The notes beneath the pieces are model-generated. The model was not told the DNA's origin. It worked only from the letters and a program-made list of their open reading frames with translations, and searched no databases. The position numbers were made by a program, and so were the translations under genes. A DNA stretch of 64,000 bases from Lepidodermella squamata. Taxonomy: Eukaryota > Animalia > Gastrotricha. This document shows, piece by piece, positions 33,974 to 44,853 of the stretch. The number at the start of each line of letters is the position of its first letter. Positions within the stretch are counted from its first letter, which is position 1. The DNA lies in NCBI GenBank assembly GCA_047495785.1, contig JBLDXI010000028.1:1488001-1552000 (forward strand). The letters are read 5' to 3'.

Positions 33974-35131
33974 TTACAAATTATTTATGACATTTCCGAT
34001 AATAACAAATAAATGAATGGCGATAAAGACCGAGAAAGCTACTGAGAAGACGATGGAATCAATAATCCTACCGTTGTTTAGGGTCATGCTAATTTTGCAC
34101 GGGAAGAGCAAGCGAAGACTTTTCCCGCGTCTTGCCCATTTTCGATTAGACTGAAGAGTTGAACACATTGCAAGCATGTATATTGTACACGTCCATGACA
34201 GAAAGGTGCAAGCATCAGTGTAAACACTCAGGAAAATGCGATTCGGCTTCGGAGGAACTCGAGCTAGAATTTCACTTTGAAGAAAAGTTAAGGCTAGCAT
34301 GATAGTCACAGAAAACGCAGGTCTATCGTTTGAATCAGGCGGCAATAGGAAAGCGGCGATGTCAAGGCTGGTTAGGAGGAAACACGGCGCCATTAGTGAG
34401 AACAGGTAGAACTCAGCTCGTCTTTTCAGCCGGAATGTGAACGAGGCCATACTTCGATTCCCTGCATTTTGAACCAAACGAGTGCTCGAATTGAAAGATA
34501 TCAAATCCCAGCTGCTATCACGTGGCATGAAGAAATCAGTCATCCCAGTTGCTGGTCCAATCACGAACTGAACTGCTACCGAAGACTCCTGCATTAGGAA
34601 GTCGATACTGCAGATTTGTTGATCGAATGGGAAAGGCGAGTAATTCATGTTGCAATAAGAAACTATGGCGCCAACTCTTTCCCAGTCGACTTTGAGACTG
34701 CTGTTCCCTGCAGTCACATACATCCTATTCGTAATGTCCTCTGTAGCTAGGCCGAAGTCAGTAACAGCATTCCTATGATGAATATGTGGCTTCCAAAACG
34801 CTTTCTCGTCAACATAAATCACCCTCGGTGACGGCCGTGAGTAATCTGGACAGCTGACAGTCCACGATAGAGATAGGACTGCCGAAATTAGGAACAGTTC
34901 GTCAATGTCGTTGATTTGCTGGAACCGCTGAGCGATAAATGTTACTGAAATCGGCATGAATTTACAAGAATTCAGGTCGGCCAAGTTTCCTTCTGGACAC
35001 CCTGGTGCGTAAGTCGATGGGTGAAGCTGATTGGGGCATTTGTCAAGCAAGTCCTCAAACAACGCATCTCCCTGACTCCACCCGAACACGGAGACTGGAA
35101 GGAGCGATAGAAGAGTCAAAAGCAAGTTCAT
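33974..35131 (-). CDS. Divergent intronless pLGIC subunit #12
   Basis: CNMNYSPFPFDQQIC; NDRPAFSVTIMLALTF. Confidence 0.93.
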   Translation of the reverse strand: MNLLLTLLSLLPVSVFGWSQGDALFEDLLDKCPNQLHPSTYAPGCPEGNLADLNSCKFMPISVTFIAQRFQQINDIDELFLISAVLSLSWTVSCPDYSRPSPRVIYVDEKAFWKPHIHHRNAVTDFGLATEDITNRMYVTAGNSSLKVDWERVGAIVSYCNMNYSPFPFDQQICSIDFLMQESSVAVQFVIGPATGMTDFFMPRDSSWDLISFNSSTRLVQNAGNRSMASFTFRLKRRAEFYLFSLMAPCFLLTSLDIAAFLLPPDSNDRPAFSVTIMLALTFLQSEILARVPPKPNRIFLSVYTDACTFLSWTCTIYMLAMCSTLQSNRKWARRGKSLRLLFPCKISMTLNNGRIIDSIVFSVAFSVFIAIHLFVIIGNVINNL

Positions 35132-35211
35132 TTAGCTGATGAAATCTCTGGAAAAATGAATGATAGAACTTGGTATAAAGCCAGCTGTTTAAACTTCATT
35201 TCATGTTTATT

Positions 35212-36360
35212 TTACAGTTTAGCAGACAGAATCGCATATGTATTCACCGCTGCAAAGAAGAGAAGGGCGAAGATGAATGCTATAAAATCCAGAATACGAT
35301 AGTTATACAGGGTAATGGATAACGAGCATGGTATAACACATCGAATTTTCTGGGCTCGATGGGCCCATGCTCGATATGAACGGCCAATTGCTACGGCAAC
35401 AAGCATGTAAACCGAGCAAACCCATGAAAAAATCGCGCAACTGTCGGTATAGTTACTCAAAAATATCCTATGTGGTTTTGGCGGAACACGTGACAAAACT
35501 TGGCTTTGGAGGAAGGTCAGAGCCAACAGAATCGTCAAAGAAAAAACTGGCCGATCAGCCATATCAGGCGGGATTAAGAAAGCGGGAAGTTGCAGGCTCG
35601 TCAAAAGGAAACAAGGCGCCATCAGGGAGTAGATGTAGTACTCGTATCTCCTTCGAAAATCGAAACTGAATGTTATCATATGCCTTCTTCCGTTGATATC
35701 AATGACTGATGATGAATTGGAAACGCTTATCAACGACCAATCCCCTTCGTTCGCCATAAAATCGCTGGCTAACCCGCTCTCCTTCTTATTCACATCGAAA
35801 TCAACCGCAAACGTCCCTTCGACCATCGCGAAGTCTATATTGCAAGTTTGTGAGTCAAAGGGAAATGAACCATAATCCATGTTACAGTGAGATTCCAGAA
35901 CACCAATACGCTGCCAGTTGAATGCGATTTTGTTCTTCCTAGCGCTGTCGTAGTATGTGTAGAAACGACTTGTCATTCCCTCTGTCAGGCCAAAGTTTGA
36001 AAGGGCGTTCCTGTGGTGAATATGCGGCTTCCAGAAACGATTTTCGTCAAGGTAGGCGATTAAATCCGTCTTGTTCTTGCTGAAGGCTGAACAAGGTGCA
36101 TCCCATTGAGCTTCGAAGTAAGCCGAAGTTGCGAAAACTTCATTAACATCGTCGATTGCGTGAAATCGCTGTCCAATGAATGTGAAACTAACGTCAGTTA
36201 TCTCACATTCTTTTCCTTTCCCATCAGCGCAAGCGGGCGAGTAGACCGTGCGTTTTGTTGCTGGGCAATTTATGAGAATAAAGTCTTCCATAAATTCTTC
36301 CGGGTTGTTTTCATCAGCCGAAGAATAGCTGAAAATTAATACCAACAGCAAAAGCTTCAT
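35212..36360 (-). CDS. Divergent intronless pLGIC subunit #13
   Basis: Likely start MKLLLLVLIF (the longer ORF overlaps the upstream gene); CNMDYGSFPFDSQTC; ADRPVFSLTILLALTF. Confidence 0.92.
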   Translation of the reverse strand: MKLLLLVLIFSYSSADENNPEEFMEDFILINCPATKRTVYSPACADGKGKECEITDVSFTFIGQRFHAIDDVNEVFATSAYFEAQWDAPCSAFSKNKTDLIAYLDENRFWKPHIHHRNALSNFGLTEGMTSRFYTYYDSARKNKIAFNWQRIGVLESHCNMDYGSFPFDSQTCNIDFAMVEGTFAVDFDVNKKESGLASDFMANEGDWSLISVSNSSSVIDINGRRHMITFSFDFRRRYEYYIYSLMAPCFLLTSLQLPAFLIPPDMADRPVFSLTILLALTFLQSQVLSRVPPKPHRIFLSNYTDSCAIFSWVCSVYMLVAVAIGRSYRAWAHRAQKIRCVIPCSLSITLYNYRILDFIAFIFALLFFAAVNTYAILSAKL

Positions 36361-36461
36361 ATTGCCAGGAATAAAATTATCAAATTGTTCAGCCCTGGCT
36401 GGATTTCTCGTTGGACAGCTGAGCACACAAATTCTGAAACACGACACTTTTATTTCATGGC

Positions 36462-37622
36462 TTAAATATTCAAATATTTCGTAACTTTTGCTACGTAAAG
36501 CGCATAAGCATTTATCATAACAAAGCCCAATGAAGACACTAGAAACATTGCAATGTCCAAGGCTCGGCCACGGGTCAGTCGTTTCGGCCACCATTTCTTT
36601 TCACTGGGTTCCTTGAACCAACCGGGATAGTCTCGAGCTAGGTGGCAGGTCAGAAGGGTGTAAATTGTGCAGAGCCACGACAGAACTGCACACATATCCG
36701 TGTAATTACTAAGGAAAATGCGATATGGTTTAGGAGGGACCCTGCTCAGGACTGATCCTTGCAGGAATGTAAGAGCAAGTAAGATGGTCATCGAAAACAC
36801 CGGCCTATCAGGAATCGGAGGTGGAATAGAAAAAGCAGCAAGCTCTAGACTCGCCAAGCCACAACAAGGGAACATCAACGAAAACACGAAAAACTCAGGC
36901 CGTCGACGGAATTCCATTGTGAAGGTTGCGATACTGCGATTTCCCTCGATATCAGCTATCCCTGTCTTGGAATGCACCCCCAAGAAAGTCCAGCCTAACC
37001 CCCCGTCCAGAAAATCCGGCGGTATATAAGTCACGTTAGTAGTAAAACCGAAAACCACCGCTCTGAGGTTCTCACGAGTAGTGAAATCTATTGAACAGTA
37101 TTGATAATCGAAGGGGAAGTCCTCAAAGTCTAAACTGCATGTTGACTCGAATAGTCCAAAGCGTTGCCATAGGAATGTCAACGCCTTCTTGTTGAGATTA
37201 TAGGCCACGTAGAAACGGGTCGAATAGCTATCGCCGTTCATGCCCGGGTTTGAGACCGCATTTTTGTGATGAATCATCGGCCTCCAGAATTCTTCCGGTG
37301 GTAGATTGAACGAGTAGTCGTCGATGTCCTGATGGTATTCAGGGCATTTGATGTCCCAATATAGCTTCACCGAGCCAGAAATTGAGAAACGTTCCATCGG
37401 ATCGTCAATCTCATGAAATCTTTCCGGTAGTAATCGGATTAGCAGAGTAGTTGGGTCGCATACCCCTCGAGGAGGCTCGTAGTGAGTTCGGCCCTCTACG
37501 CAAGCTGGCGCGTAAATTTCGGCGCGCACATTAGAGCAATTCGCCAGCAATTCCTCAGTTTTGGGCTGGAGACCTGCTGAGATGTGTATTAATAAGAAGC
37601 TAATCAGGAATCTGAGAAGCAT
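36462..37622 (-). CDS. Divergent intronless pLGIC subunit #14
   Basis: CSLDFEDFPFDYQYC; PDRPVFSMTILLALTF. Confidence 0.93.
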   Translation of the reverse strand: MLLRFLISFLLIHISAGLQPKTEELLANCSNVRAEIYAPACVEGRTHYEPPRGVCDPTTLLIRLLPERFHEIDDPMERFSISGSVKLYWDIKCPEYHQDIDDYSFNLPPEEFWRPMIHHKNAVSNPGMNGDSYSTRFYVAYNLNKKALTFLWQRFGLFESTCSLDFEDFPFDYQYCSIDFTTRENLRAVVFGFTTNVTYIPPDFLDGGLGWTFLGVHSKTGIADIEGNRSIATFTMEFRRRPEFFVFSLMFPCCGLASLELAAFSIPPPIPDRPVFSMTILLALTFLQGSVLSRVPPKPYRIFLSNYTDMCAVLSWLCTIYTLLTCHLARDYPGWFKEPSEKKWWPKRLTRGRALDIAMFLVSSLGFVMINAYALYVAKVTKYLNI

Positions 37623-38430
37623 GATTATTATGTCTTAAATCTAGTGAACTGCGGCCACATTTCACTTCTAAAATCAGTAAATCCGTCGAAAAAATTTATC
37701 AAGCAAATAATGCTACTTGCGGCAAATATTTGCTAGAGTGCTGCAGTTGTCTCAGATGGACCTCGGAACGCCTTGTGTTTCTGTTTTGTAGAGTCAATAG
37801 ACCATTTTGTTGATTTAGATGTCGTATTATCAACTTCCCCATGCTGTTCATGTTATTCAATTCAATAATGAGAACATAATTAGTCCAAAAAGTCGCTCTT
37901 CGGATTTCGGCGAAGGCTCCCCGCTGAAGGATTTCTAAGAAAAACAGCGGGCACCGATCGATATGTACTTATCCCAGATTGACTTCAAATTTCAATCTGA
38001 AATATCTGATGTCGCTTCCTGCAAGGTTGAATTTAGGCGGAATAATACGCCTATTCGGAATCATGGAAGTATTTAATAGTATTACGGCGGATCTTCCACC
38101 GGTAGAAAACCGAAATCTTTCGCAAGTTCATCGAGTGCCTAAAATAATCGATCTCTAATCGTGGTCACTCATGATCAGTTGATGTTGCTACCCCAGCAAA
38201 GCAAATATTTCCTGTTCGCATGCATAATCAGGTCGATACAAGTGGTTTCGCAAAGATTGGCTACTAAATCGGCCACGGAATGTAATGAATAATTAAATCA
38301 ATTGCACCAAGAGAAGACCACAGCTTGATTTCCGTCTAATCTCTGCTGATCGGAAAAAAACCCGATGATTACCACTTGTGATTTCTGCGTAAAAACTAGC
38401 TTGAGTGAGGAGTCTTCATTTTCGAGTCTC

Positions 38431-39086
38431 ATGGATGTCATTCCTTTTGATACTATTGAAAGGGCCCGGTTTGATGTTGTATTCATCGGAGAGCCATACG
38501 GTAAGCCGAAATAACCACTTTACACCGATTACTAACTCATTTGTGAGCAGTGGGTAAGTCAGCTCTGATCAACCGTTACACCCGTGAGCAGTTCAACTTT
38601 GAATACAACCCCACAAAAGGAGTTGATTATCAATACAAAAGCGTGTATCTCGATGACCTATCAACACTGAGGCTTCAATTGTGGGACTCATCAGGCGACA
38701 GGCGTTACCGCTCGTTGGTACCGCCCTGTATTCAACAGGCCCACGGTTTGGTAATGGTTTACGATGTTCAGAACCGCGAATCTTTCAACGAAATCGACCA
38801 CTTCGCCCACCAATTCGAGCGACTGTGGCGGAACTACGGCATCTTCCGTATGTTGGTTGGCAATAAAGCGGATTACGACGACGTTCAACGTGAGGTACTG
38901 CCATGGGAGGGCGAGATGAAAGCTGAGCAGTTCGGAGCTCATTTCATTGAAACGTCTGCTCAGACTGGGTTCAATGTTGTCCAACTGTTCTTTGAAATCG
39001 CTGCTAGATGCGATGAGTACAATGAACAAGCCGCGTCTTACTCTCAGTTAACGGTGATCGAGGAGATGCCAGAAACATTTGTTTGA
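38431..39086 (+). CDS. Atypical Rab-family small GTPase (Rab6-like), 2 exons
   Basis: Exon 1 38431-38500, 50-nt intron 38501-38550 with a TACTAAC branch point. G1 GEPYVGKS, G2 PTKGVDY, G3 WDSSGD, G4 NKAD, G5 ETSAQ. Confidence 0.88.
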
Positions 39087-39098
39087 ATTTAATTCTAA

Positions 39099-40250
39099 TC
39101 AATTCGCCAAATATGCCACAAAAATAGCGTAAAAAATTATGCCTACAAAGAATAAAAGAGCGGCACAGAAAAACACACAGTCCATAATCCGGTAACGAGG
39201 GACTAATATTCGGCTCATTTTCACATGCCACCAATCTACAGTTGATTTGGCGAGAGCGCTGGAAACCATCATGTAGATGGTGCAGAAAAATGAAAGGAAA
39301 ACATTCAAATCCGAGTATCGACTCAGAAAAATTCGCTCTGGTTTAGGAGGAATGTATGTCTTGATATCTGCTTGAAGAAATGTGCTCGCCAGAAGTAGTG
39401 TAAGACCCATGCCAGACCGGTAAGGGATTTTAGGCGGCAGAATAAGAACAGCTATTTGAAGGCTGACGATCAAAGCGCATGGAAACATCAGAGAGTAAAT
39501 GTAGTAATCAGGTCTTCTTCGAAATCTCATTGAGAAGTAGGCTGCACTATTGTTCAGATGAGAGGAGTCGAGATCAACTCCGCTGGTGCCACCAAGGAAC
39601 ATCCACTCCGAATTCGGCGGCATGAAATCATCATCAAAATCCATCCCGACGTCAATGAAAAATTTGATTGCGTCGGAAGATTCTTGAGATACAAACTCCA
39701 AGGAACATGTTTGTTTGTCGAAGGGAAAGTTTGAAACATCGATCTTGCAGAATGATTTGAAAACTCCATAAAGTTGCCACGTGAAGCCGAGGCCTCGATT
39801 GAGGTAGTCAATCCTAGCATGGAATCTCTCGGCTAAGGAGTCGCCGGTCATCCCAATTTGATCGGCCGAATTCACGTGTAAAATTGTTGGCCTCCAGAAT
39901 CTAGCCGGGTCCAACCTGATGTACATGTTAGACCCATTCTTAGGCAACTTGTAGCCGGGGCAAGCTGACGGCCAGTAGAGGTATAAAGATCCAGATACAG
40001 TCATGGTTTCAGCGAGATCGTCAATGTCGTGAAACCTTTCAGGATAGAATCGAATCTCAACCTCTGTGAGGTTGCAAGAGGAGAGCGATGAAGCAGGACT
40101 TCCATCAGGCCCTATCCAGCAGCTTGGCGTGTAAACCTCCTGCCAAGCTCTCGGACAATTCTCAAACAAATCGTCCGATTTTAACAGTTGACTTCGAGTC
40201 TGCGACGAAATCAATCCAGTGAGGGCTATCAAAATCCAAATTAAATTCAT
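39099..40250 (-). CDS. Divergent intronless pLGIC subunit #15
   Basis: CKIDVSNFPFDKQTC; M2 PYRSGMGLTLLLASTF. Confidence 0.93.
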   Translation of the reverse strand: MNLIWILIALTGLISSQTRSQLLKSDDLFENCPRAWQEVYTPSCWIGPDGSPASSLSSCNLTEVEIRFYPERFHDIDDLAETMTVSGSLYLYWPSACPGYKLPKNGSNMYIRLDPARFWRPTILHVNSADQIGMTGDSLAERFHARIDYLNRGLGFTWQLYGVFKSFCKIDVSNFPFDKQTCSLEFVSQESSDAIKFFIDVGMDFDDDFMPPNSEWMFLGGTSGVDLDSSHLNNSAAYFSMRFRRRPDYYIYSLMFPCALIVSLQIAVLILPPKIPYRSGMGLTLLLASTFLQADIKTYIPPKPERIFLSRYSDLNVFLSFFCTIYMMVSSALAKSTVDWWHVKMSRILVPRYRIMDCVFFCAALLFFVGIIFYAIFVAYLAN

Positions 40251-40303
40251 AGCCTAAAAAAAAAGAAAAATTAAGTGCAATCAATAACTTTATTTGAACT
40301 TCG

Positions 40304-41467
40304 TTAGTTTGAATTTAAGTAGCCAGCCGAGGAAGCTGTTAGATACGCATACAATAGATCTCCTAGGAAAACAGAGCCTGATATTACGAAGAAAGTAATG
40401 TCGAACAATCTTATCCGTTTCACCGATAGAAACCGAGTTTCGCAGTACCAAAACTTCTGGTTCATCTCTGTAAGGGCGCAGGAGAATAAGGAATATAGAG
40501 TGCAAAGCCAAGATAAAATTGAAGCAATGTCTGTGAAAACGCTCAAGAAAATTCTTTCCGGTTTCGGCGGAACGCTGTATCTGATCTCGCCCTGAAGAAA
40601 AGTAGCCGCCAACAGGATTGTAATGCTGAAAGCTGCCCGTTCCGGCCATTCAGGGGGTAGTAAGAAAATTGCTAATTGGAGTGTTGATAGGAATGCGCAC
40701 GGTAGCATAAAGGAGTACAAATAGTATTGAGGCTGCCTGTGAAAATGCATCACAAATGAAGCAGTACTTCTGTTTCCTTTCATATTCGTGATTTTAGTGT
40801 AGGAACTTGAGTTCACCAACTTCCAATCAGTGCTAGAGTATTTTGGCATAAACTCTGCGTCAAACTCCATGGCTTGCTTGATCTCGAGAATCACTGCATC
40901 CGCGTTTTCCTGGGCCACAAAATCCAACGAGCAGGCTTGTTGGTCAAATGGGAATTTGGCGAAATCCATGTTGCAATAAGACTCGAATACGCCGTACTGT
41001 TGCCAGAGAATCCTCATCGCTTTATCAGGAGCGCTGTAGAACGTATGAAATCTCGCAGTGAACTCACTTCCGCCCATTCCGAAGTTGCTGACGGCGTTTC
41101 GGTGGTAAATTGTTGGTCTCCAGATTAGCGATTCGTCCAGTTTGATGTCTTGATCTGTCATTGAGTACCCAGGGCAACGAATGTTCCACTTCAAGAAAAC
41201 GGACCCTGTAACAGTTAGTCTTTCTCGTGGATCATCGATGGAATAGAAGCGTTCGGGGTAGAAACGTATTTCTGCTTTCATTAGGGCGCAATTTCCTAGC
41301 CCTGACGAGTTTGAACTCGACGGACGCCCGTCAATACATCCTGGGGCGTAAATTTCCCATCTAGTATTGGAGCAATTGTAAAAGAATTCTTCGCCCTTAG
41401 TCACCAAGGCGGCTAACGATGGGCAAATTAGGAAGGTCAGTGAATAAAGGAGAAGCAGAAGGAGCAT
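40304..41467 (-). CDS. Divergent intronless pLGIC subunit #16
   Basis: CNMDFAKFPFDQQAC; PERAAFSITILLAATF. Confidence 0.93.
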   Translation of the reverse strand: MLLLLLLYSLTFLICPSLAALVTKGEEFFYNCSNTRWEIYAPGCIDGRPSSSNSSGLGNCALMKAEIRFYPERFYSIDDPRERLTVTGSVFLKWNIRCPGYSMTDQDIKLDESLIWRPTIYHRNAVSNFGMGGSEFTARFHTFYSAPDKAMRILWQQYGVFESYCNMDFAKFPFDQQACSLDFVAQENADAVILEIKQAMEFDAEFMPKYSSTDWKLVNSSSYTKITNMKGNRSTASFVMHFHRQPQYYLYSFMLPCAFLSTLQLAIFLLPPEWPERAAFSITILLAATFLQGEIRYSVPPKPERIFLSVFTDIASILSWLCTLYSLFSCALTEMNQKFWYCETRFLSVKRIRLFDITFFVISGSVFLGDLLYAYLTASSAGYLNSN

Positions 41468-42243
41468 TTCAATATCTCTAGGGCAAAGAATAACGAGTTA
41501 TGTCACCAACGTCGCAGAAGGTTTGAAACTTGTCACTAGAGTTGATTGCTCGTTAAAAATTCCAGCAGTATCGATTTGAATCGTAAACAGCGCTTTCGAT
41601 TATTTGCCAACGAGGAATTCTAACGTTTAATCCAACGTTTTAATTTAGTTTCAATTCGTGCAGATATCTGATAACCATAGAGAATAGAATGCTGATAACA
41701 TTCAACGTCGCACCACCAGAACGCATCCATGCAATAATGCGATACGTCTAGCTTTGTACTGTGAACATATTATTTACTCAGAAGGAGTATAAGAGCGTGG
41801 TCTCAGTGAGGTGGATGAATAATGACGATAACAAATCGATAGTATCGGAGTTCGGGAATTGTTCATGCGATCTGCAAATTTACTACTTAAAGAGTGCTTA
41901 ACATTAACAGAATGTTTTATTAAGAAAAATACGGTAATTGTCACAAATATTTACTCGGCTGTCGCATTTGTCTAATAGCGGACATCGAAAAGGCTTTATT
42001 TCGTGCTTCAGACAGTCAATAAATAAGAATTTTGTGGACATTTAGATGTCGCGGGCAAAAAGTTGTCCAACGAGTCCAACGATCCTCACTGGATCCAAAT
42101 AGCTAATTTTTGCTCTCCGATCGATTGTAGAAGAATTATTCGACCTTGGTGAAAAAATACAATAGGTAATGTTGAGTTTAACAACAAACAGCACTTGGAA
42201 AAATCGTTGGGGAGTTCGTAATTTTCGCCCAAATCTCATGCTT

Positions 42244-43434
42244 TTATTTCATTAGGTTCGCAGAAGAGACCGTAAGGTTAGAGTTCCATGCTACTTCGGC
42301 AATGTAAAACTGAATGGCACAGAATGCAGGAAAAGCTATACAAAAGGCACACAGATCCATTAATCTGGAGCGGCTCACGTCAATCGCACAAGACTTGAAA
42401 AGATAACTGCTACCCGCAAACCATTGGCCGTATTTAGCCTCCTGTTTCGTGACACAGCATGAGAATAGACAATAGAGCGTAATCAGCCACGATAATAACG
42501 AGCTGAAATCGTTATAATTCGCCATAGCTATTCGGTATGGCTTTGCCGGGACTTTTGACCACAGCTCGTTCTGATAGATCGCAGTAGCAAGTAACAGAGC
42601 TACGCAAAATGCAGGTCTCTCCGTCAATCCGGGTGTTAGAGGTACAGAAGCGAGTTGAAGGAAAGTGAGGAATGGGACGGGCATCAGCGAGCTTTGAATA
42701 ACGGAATGCGGCTTACGTCTAACGTCAAGCGTGAACCGAATAATGCTGTCAGATTTTGTGCTAACTGTGCTAAAGTTAACGCTTATTAATTCCCAATTAG
42801 AACCCTGTGGCATGAAATCAGCAAGAACCGATAAATGTGGCCTAACGCCGCAAAAGCGGGAAGTACAAGGCGAAGTAAATTCAATATATAGAGATTGCTG
42901 GTCGAATGGGAAATTCCTGAAGTTCATCTTCTTTTGCGTTGATTTGAACACGCCGAATCGCCGCCAGGTGAATTGAGATGTCTTCCTAAGCTTAATGAAC
43001 TGAAAAGTCTCCGAAAATCCCTTTTTCATACCATATTCACTAGCGGCGTTTGAGTGAGTAATAAGCGGCCTCCAGAAGGCATCTTTCTGAAGATTAGCAC
43101 GGTATTCTATTCCGCTCTTGCCACTACCTTTCACATCCCAGGTTGAATTTCGTAGATTTGTGAACATGCAATTGGTTTCCCAATCCAGTTCCAGCTCACC
43201 CGCGACAGAGATGACCTCGGCCACGTCATCGATGCCAATGAAGCGTTGCAATTTCATGACCAATTCAATCTTCTCCGCCGGGCACATGTCACCACTACTT
43301 TCGGTTTCGGCAATCGGACATCTCGGTGTATAAACCTCGAATGCTAGATTCGGGCATTTCTCGGCAATATAGCTTGACAAGCTTGCATCGGAAGATTCTA
43401 ATAAGAAAAGTAAAAAATATGGTATTTTACACAT
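42244..43434 (-). CDS. Cys-less (Pro-loop) pLGIC subunit #17
   Basis: Loop reads STQKKMNFRNFPFDQQSL with no Cys; otherwise family architecture with 4 TM. Confidence 0.92.
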   Translation of the reverse strand: MCKIPYFLLFLLESSDASLSSYIAEKCPNLAFEVYTPRCPIAETESSGDMCPAEKIELVMKLQRFIGIDDVAEVISVAGELELDWETNCMFTNLRNSTWDVKGSGKSGIEYRANLQKDAFWRPLITHSNAASEYGMKKGFSETFQFIKLRKTSQFTWRRFGVFKSTQKKMNFRNFPFDQQSLYIEFTSPCTSRFCGVRPHLSVLADFMPQGSNWELISVNFSTVSTKSDSIIRFTLDVRRKPHSVIQSSLMPVPFLTFLQLASVPLTPGLTERPAFCVALLLATAIYQNELWSKVPAKPYRIAMANYNDFSSLLSWLITLYCLFSCCVTKQEAKYGQWFAGSSYLFKSCAIDVSRSRLMDLCAFCIAFPAFCAIQFYIAEVAWNSNLTVSSANLMK

Positions 43435-43503
43435 GATACCTTATATCATACAATGACTGGAAAAAGCACAGAAAATTCAATAGTAACAACAAAGCCTTTA
43501 TTT

Positions 43504-44631
43504 TCATTTCCTCTTCGCCAAATTTCCGATATAGGCTTGTAATGCTATGAAGATAGCTAGGAATACAAAGAATGCGACGAAATCAATGATTCGATGGCGC
43601 TTCACGTCGACTCCTATTATTTTCCAAATTTTGCTGTGGTCTGAAAGCCATACGCCTAGTCTGGTTGTTGACATAGATGGGAAAGACAGAGAGTAGAGAG
43701 TGATAAGCCAAGTCAACAGTGAGCTCAAATCGTTGTAAGTAGCCAATGCAACGGCGTATGGCTTGGGTGGTATTTTGCTGAAAAGTTCACTCTGATACAC
43801 TGCTGTAGCCAAGAGAATGCAAGCGCAGAATTCCGCGCGCCCAGAGCTGTTCCTCGGGAAAAGAAGAGATGCAACCTGAAGCGCTGTCAGAAAAGCAACA
43901 GGAATCAGATTGCTGAATATAACAGACTCGGGTTTTCTCCGAAACCGCATAAATAATCGAGTTTTAGCATTGTCTTTTGATACTCTCTTCAGGTCTTTTG
44001 AAACTTCAAGTAGTTCCCAGTTCTGCCCGGGCTGGATGAATTTCGGCGATACACTTAATGACCGGTTCGCAAAGAAAAATGCAGCAGGTTCAATCTCTAG
44101 TCGGAAATCGAGAGATACAATTTGCTCATCAAACGGGTAGTCGGCATAATGCATTGAGCTCTGTGAAGAGACGATAACTCCGAATCTAGTCCATGTAAAT
44201 CGAATTGTACCATTTTTGTGAATCAGACAATAAAGTGTTTCCAAGAATCCCTCTTGCATACCGAAGTCCGCCTCGGCATTTGAATGAAAAATCGGTGGTT
44301 TCCAGATATTTTCCTTTACTAAATTTAGAGCTGCTGGTAGTATCAATGTACTATTGATTCTAATCCAATCACTGCAAATCACGTCCCACCTAGTTTCTAA
44401 GCGTGCAGTTACTGAAAATAATTCGGACAAATCGTCAATGTGAACAAATCGATCAAGTCGAGGTACTAATGTGACAGTCATACGCGAGCAATCAGGGAGT
44501 TTTGAACGACCCAGCAGGCAATTGGGACTGTAGACTTCAGGACTCAGGTTGGGGCATACCTCAACCAACTGCTCACTAATGCTACCATGGGTTGAATAAA
44601 CTGCAATGAAAAGGTGCACGATCCTTATCAT
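43504..44631 (-). CDS. Cys-less pLGIC subunit #18
   Basis: Loop SSQSSMHYADYPFDEQIV; M2 SGRAEFCACILLATAVY. Confidence 0.92.
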   Translation of the reverse strand: MIRIVHLFIAVYSTHGSISEQLVEVCPNLSPEVYSPNCLLGRSKLPDCSRMTVTLVPRLDRFVHIDDLSELFSVTARLETRWDVICSDWIRINSTLILPAALNLVKENIWKPPIFHSNAEADFGMQEGFLETLYCLIHKNGTIRFTWTRFGVIVSSQSSMHYADYPFDEQIVSLDFRLEIEPAAFFFANRSLSVSPKFIQPGQNWELLEVSKDLKRVSKDNAKTRLFMRFRRKPESVIFSNLIPVAFLTALQVASLLFPRNSSGRAEFCACILLATAVYQSELFSKIPPKPYAVALATYNDLSSLLTWLITLYSLSFPSMSTTRLGVWLSDHSKIWKIIGVDVKRHRIIDFVAFFVFLAIFIALQAYIGNLAKRK

Positions 44632-44853
44632 CTTCAGGCTAAATGAGATGGCTACAGGCAGAAGAACGCTTGGCGTAACTGAATCAACGTTTTATCGATG
44701 AAGTAAATACAGAAAGCATGCAATATCCGCGCGTGTGGCTCGAACAATTTGCTCCCATGGCGCAAGGTCTAGCAGTCTGGTTAGGTATTTCTGGAAATCA
44801 ATCATAAGCTAACTTATGAAGCCATGAGCACACTAAATTCCTGAAAGATTTAT

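Noticed and set aside
36361-36594. N-terminal extension of ORF 35212-36594
   Set aside because: It overlaps the end of gene #14 in another frame; the signal peptide begins at Met 36360
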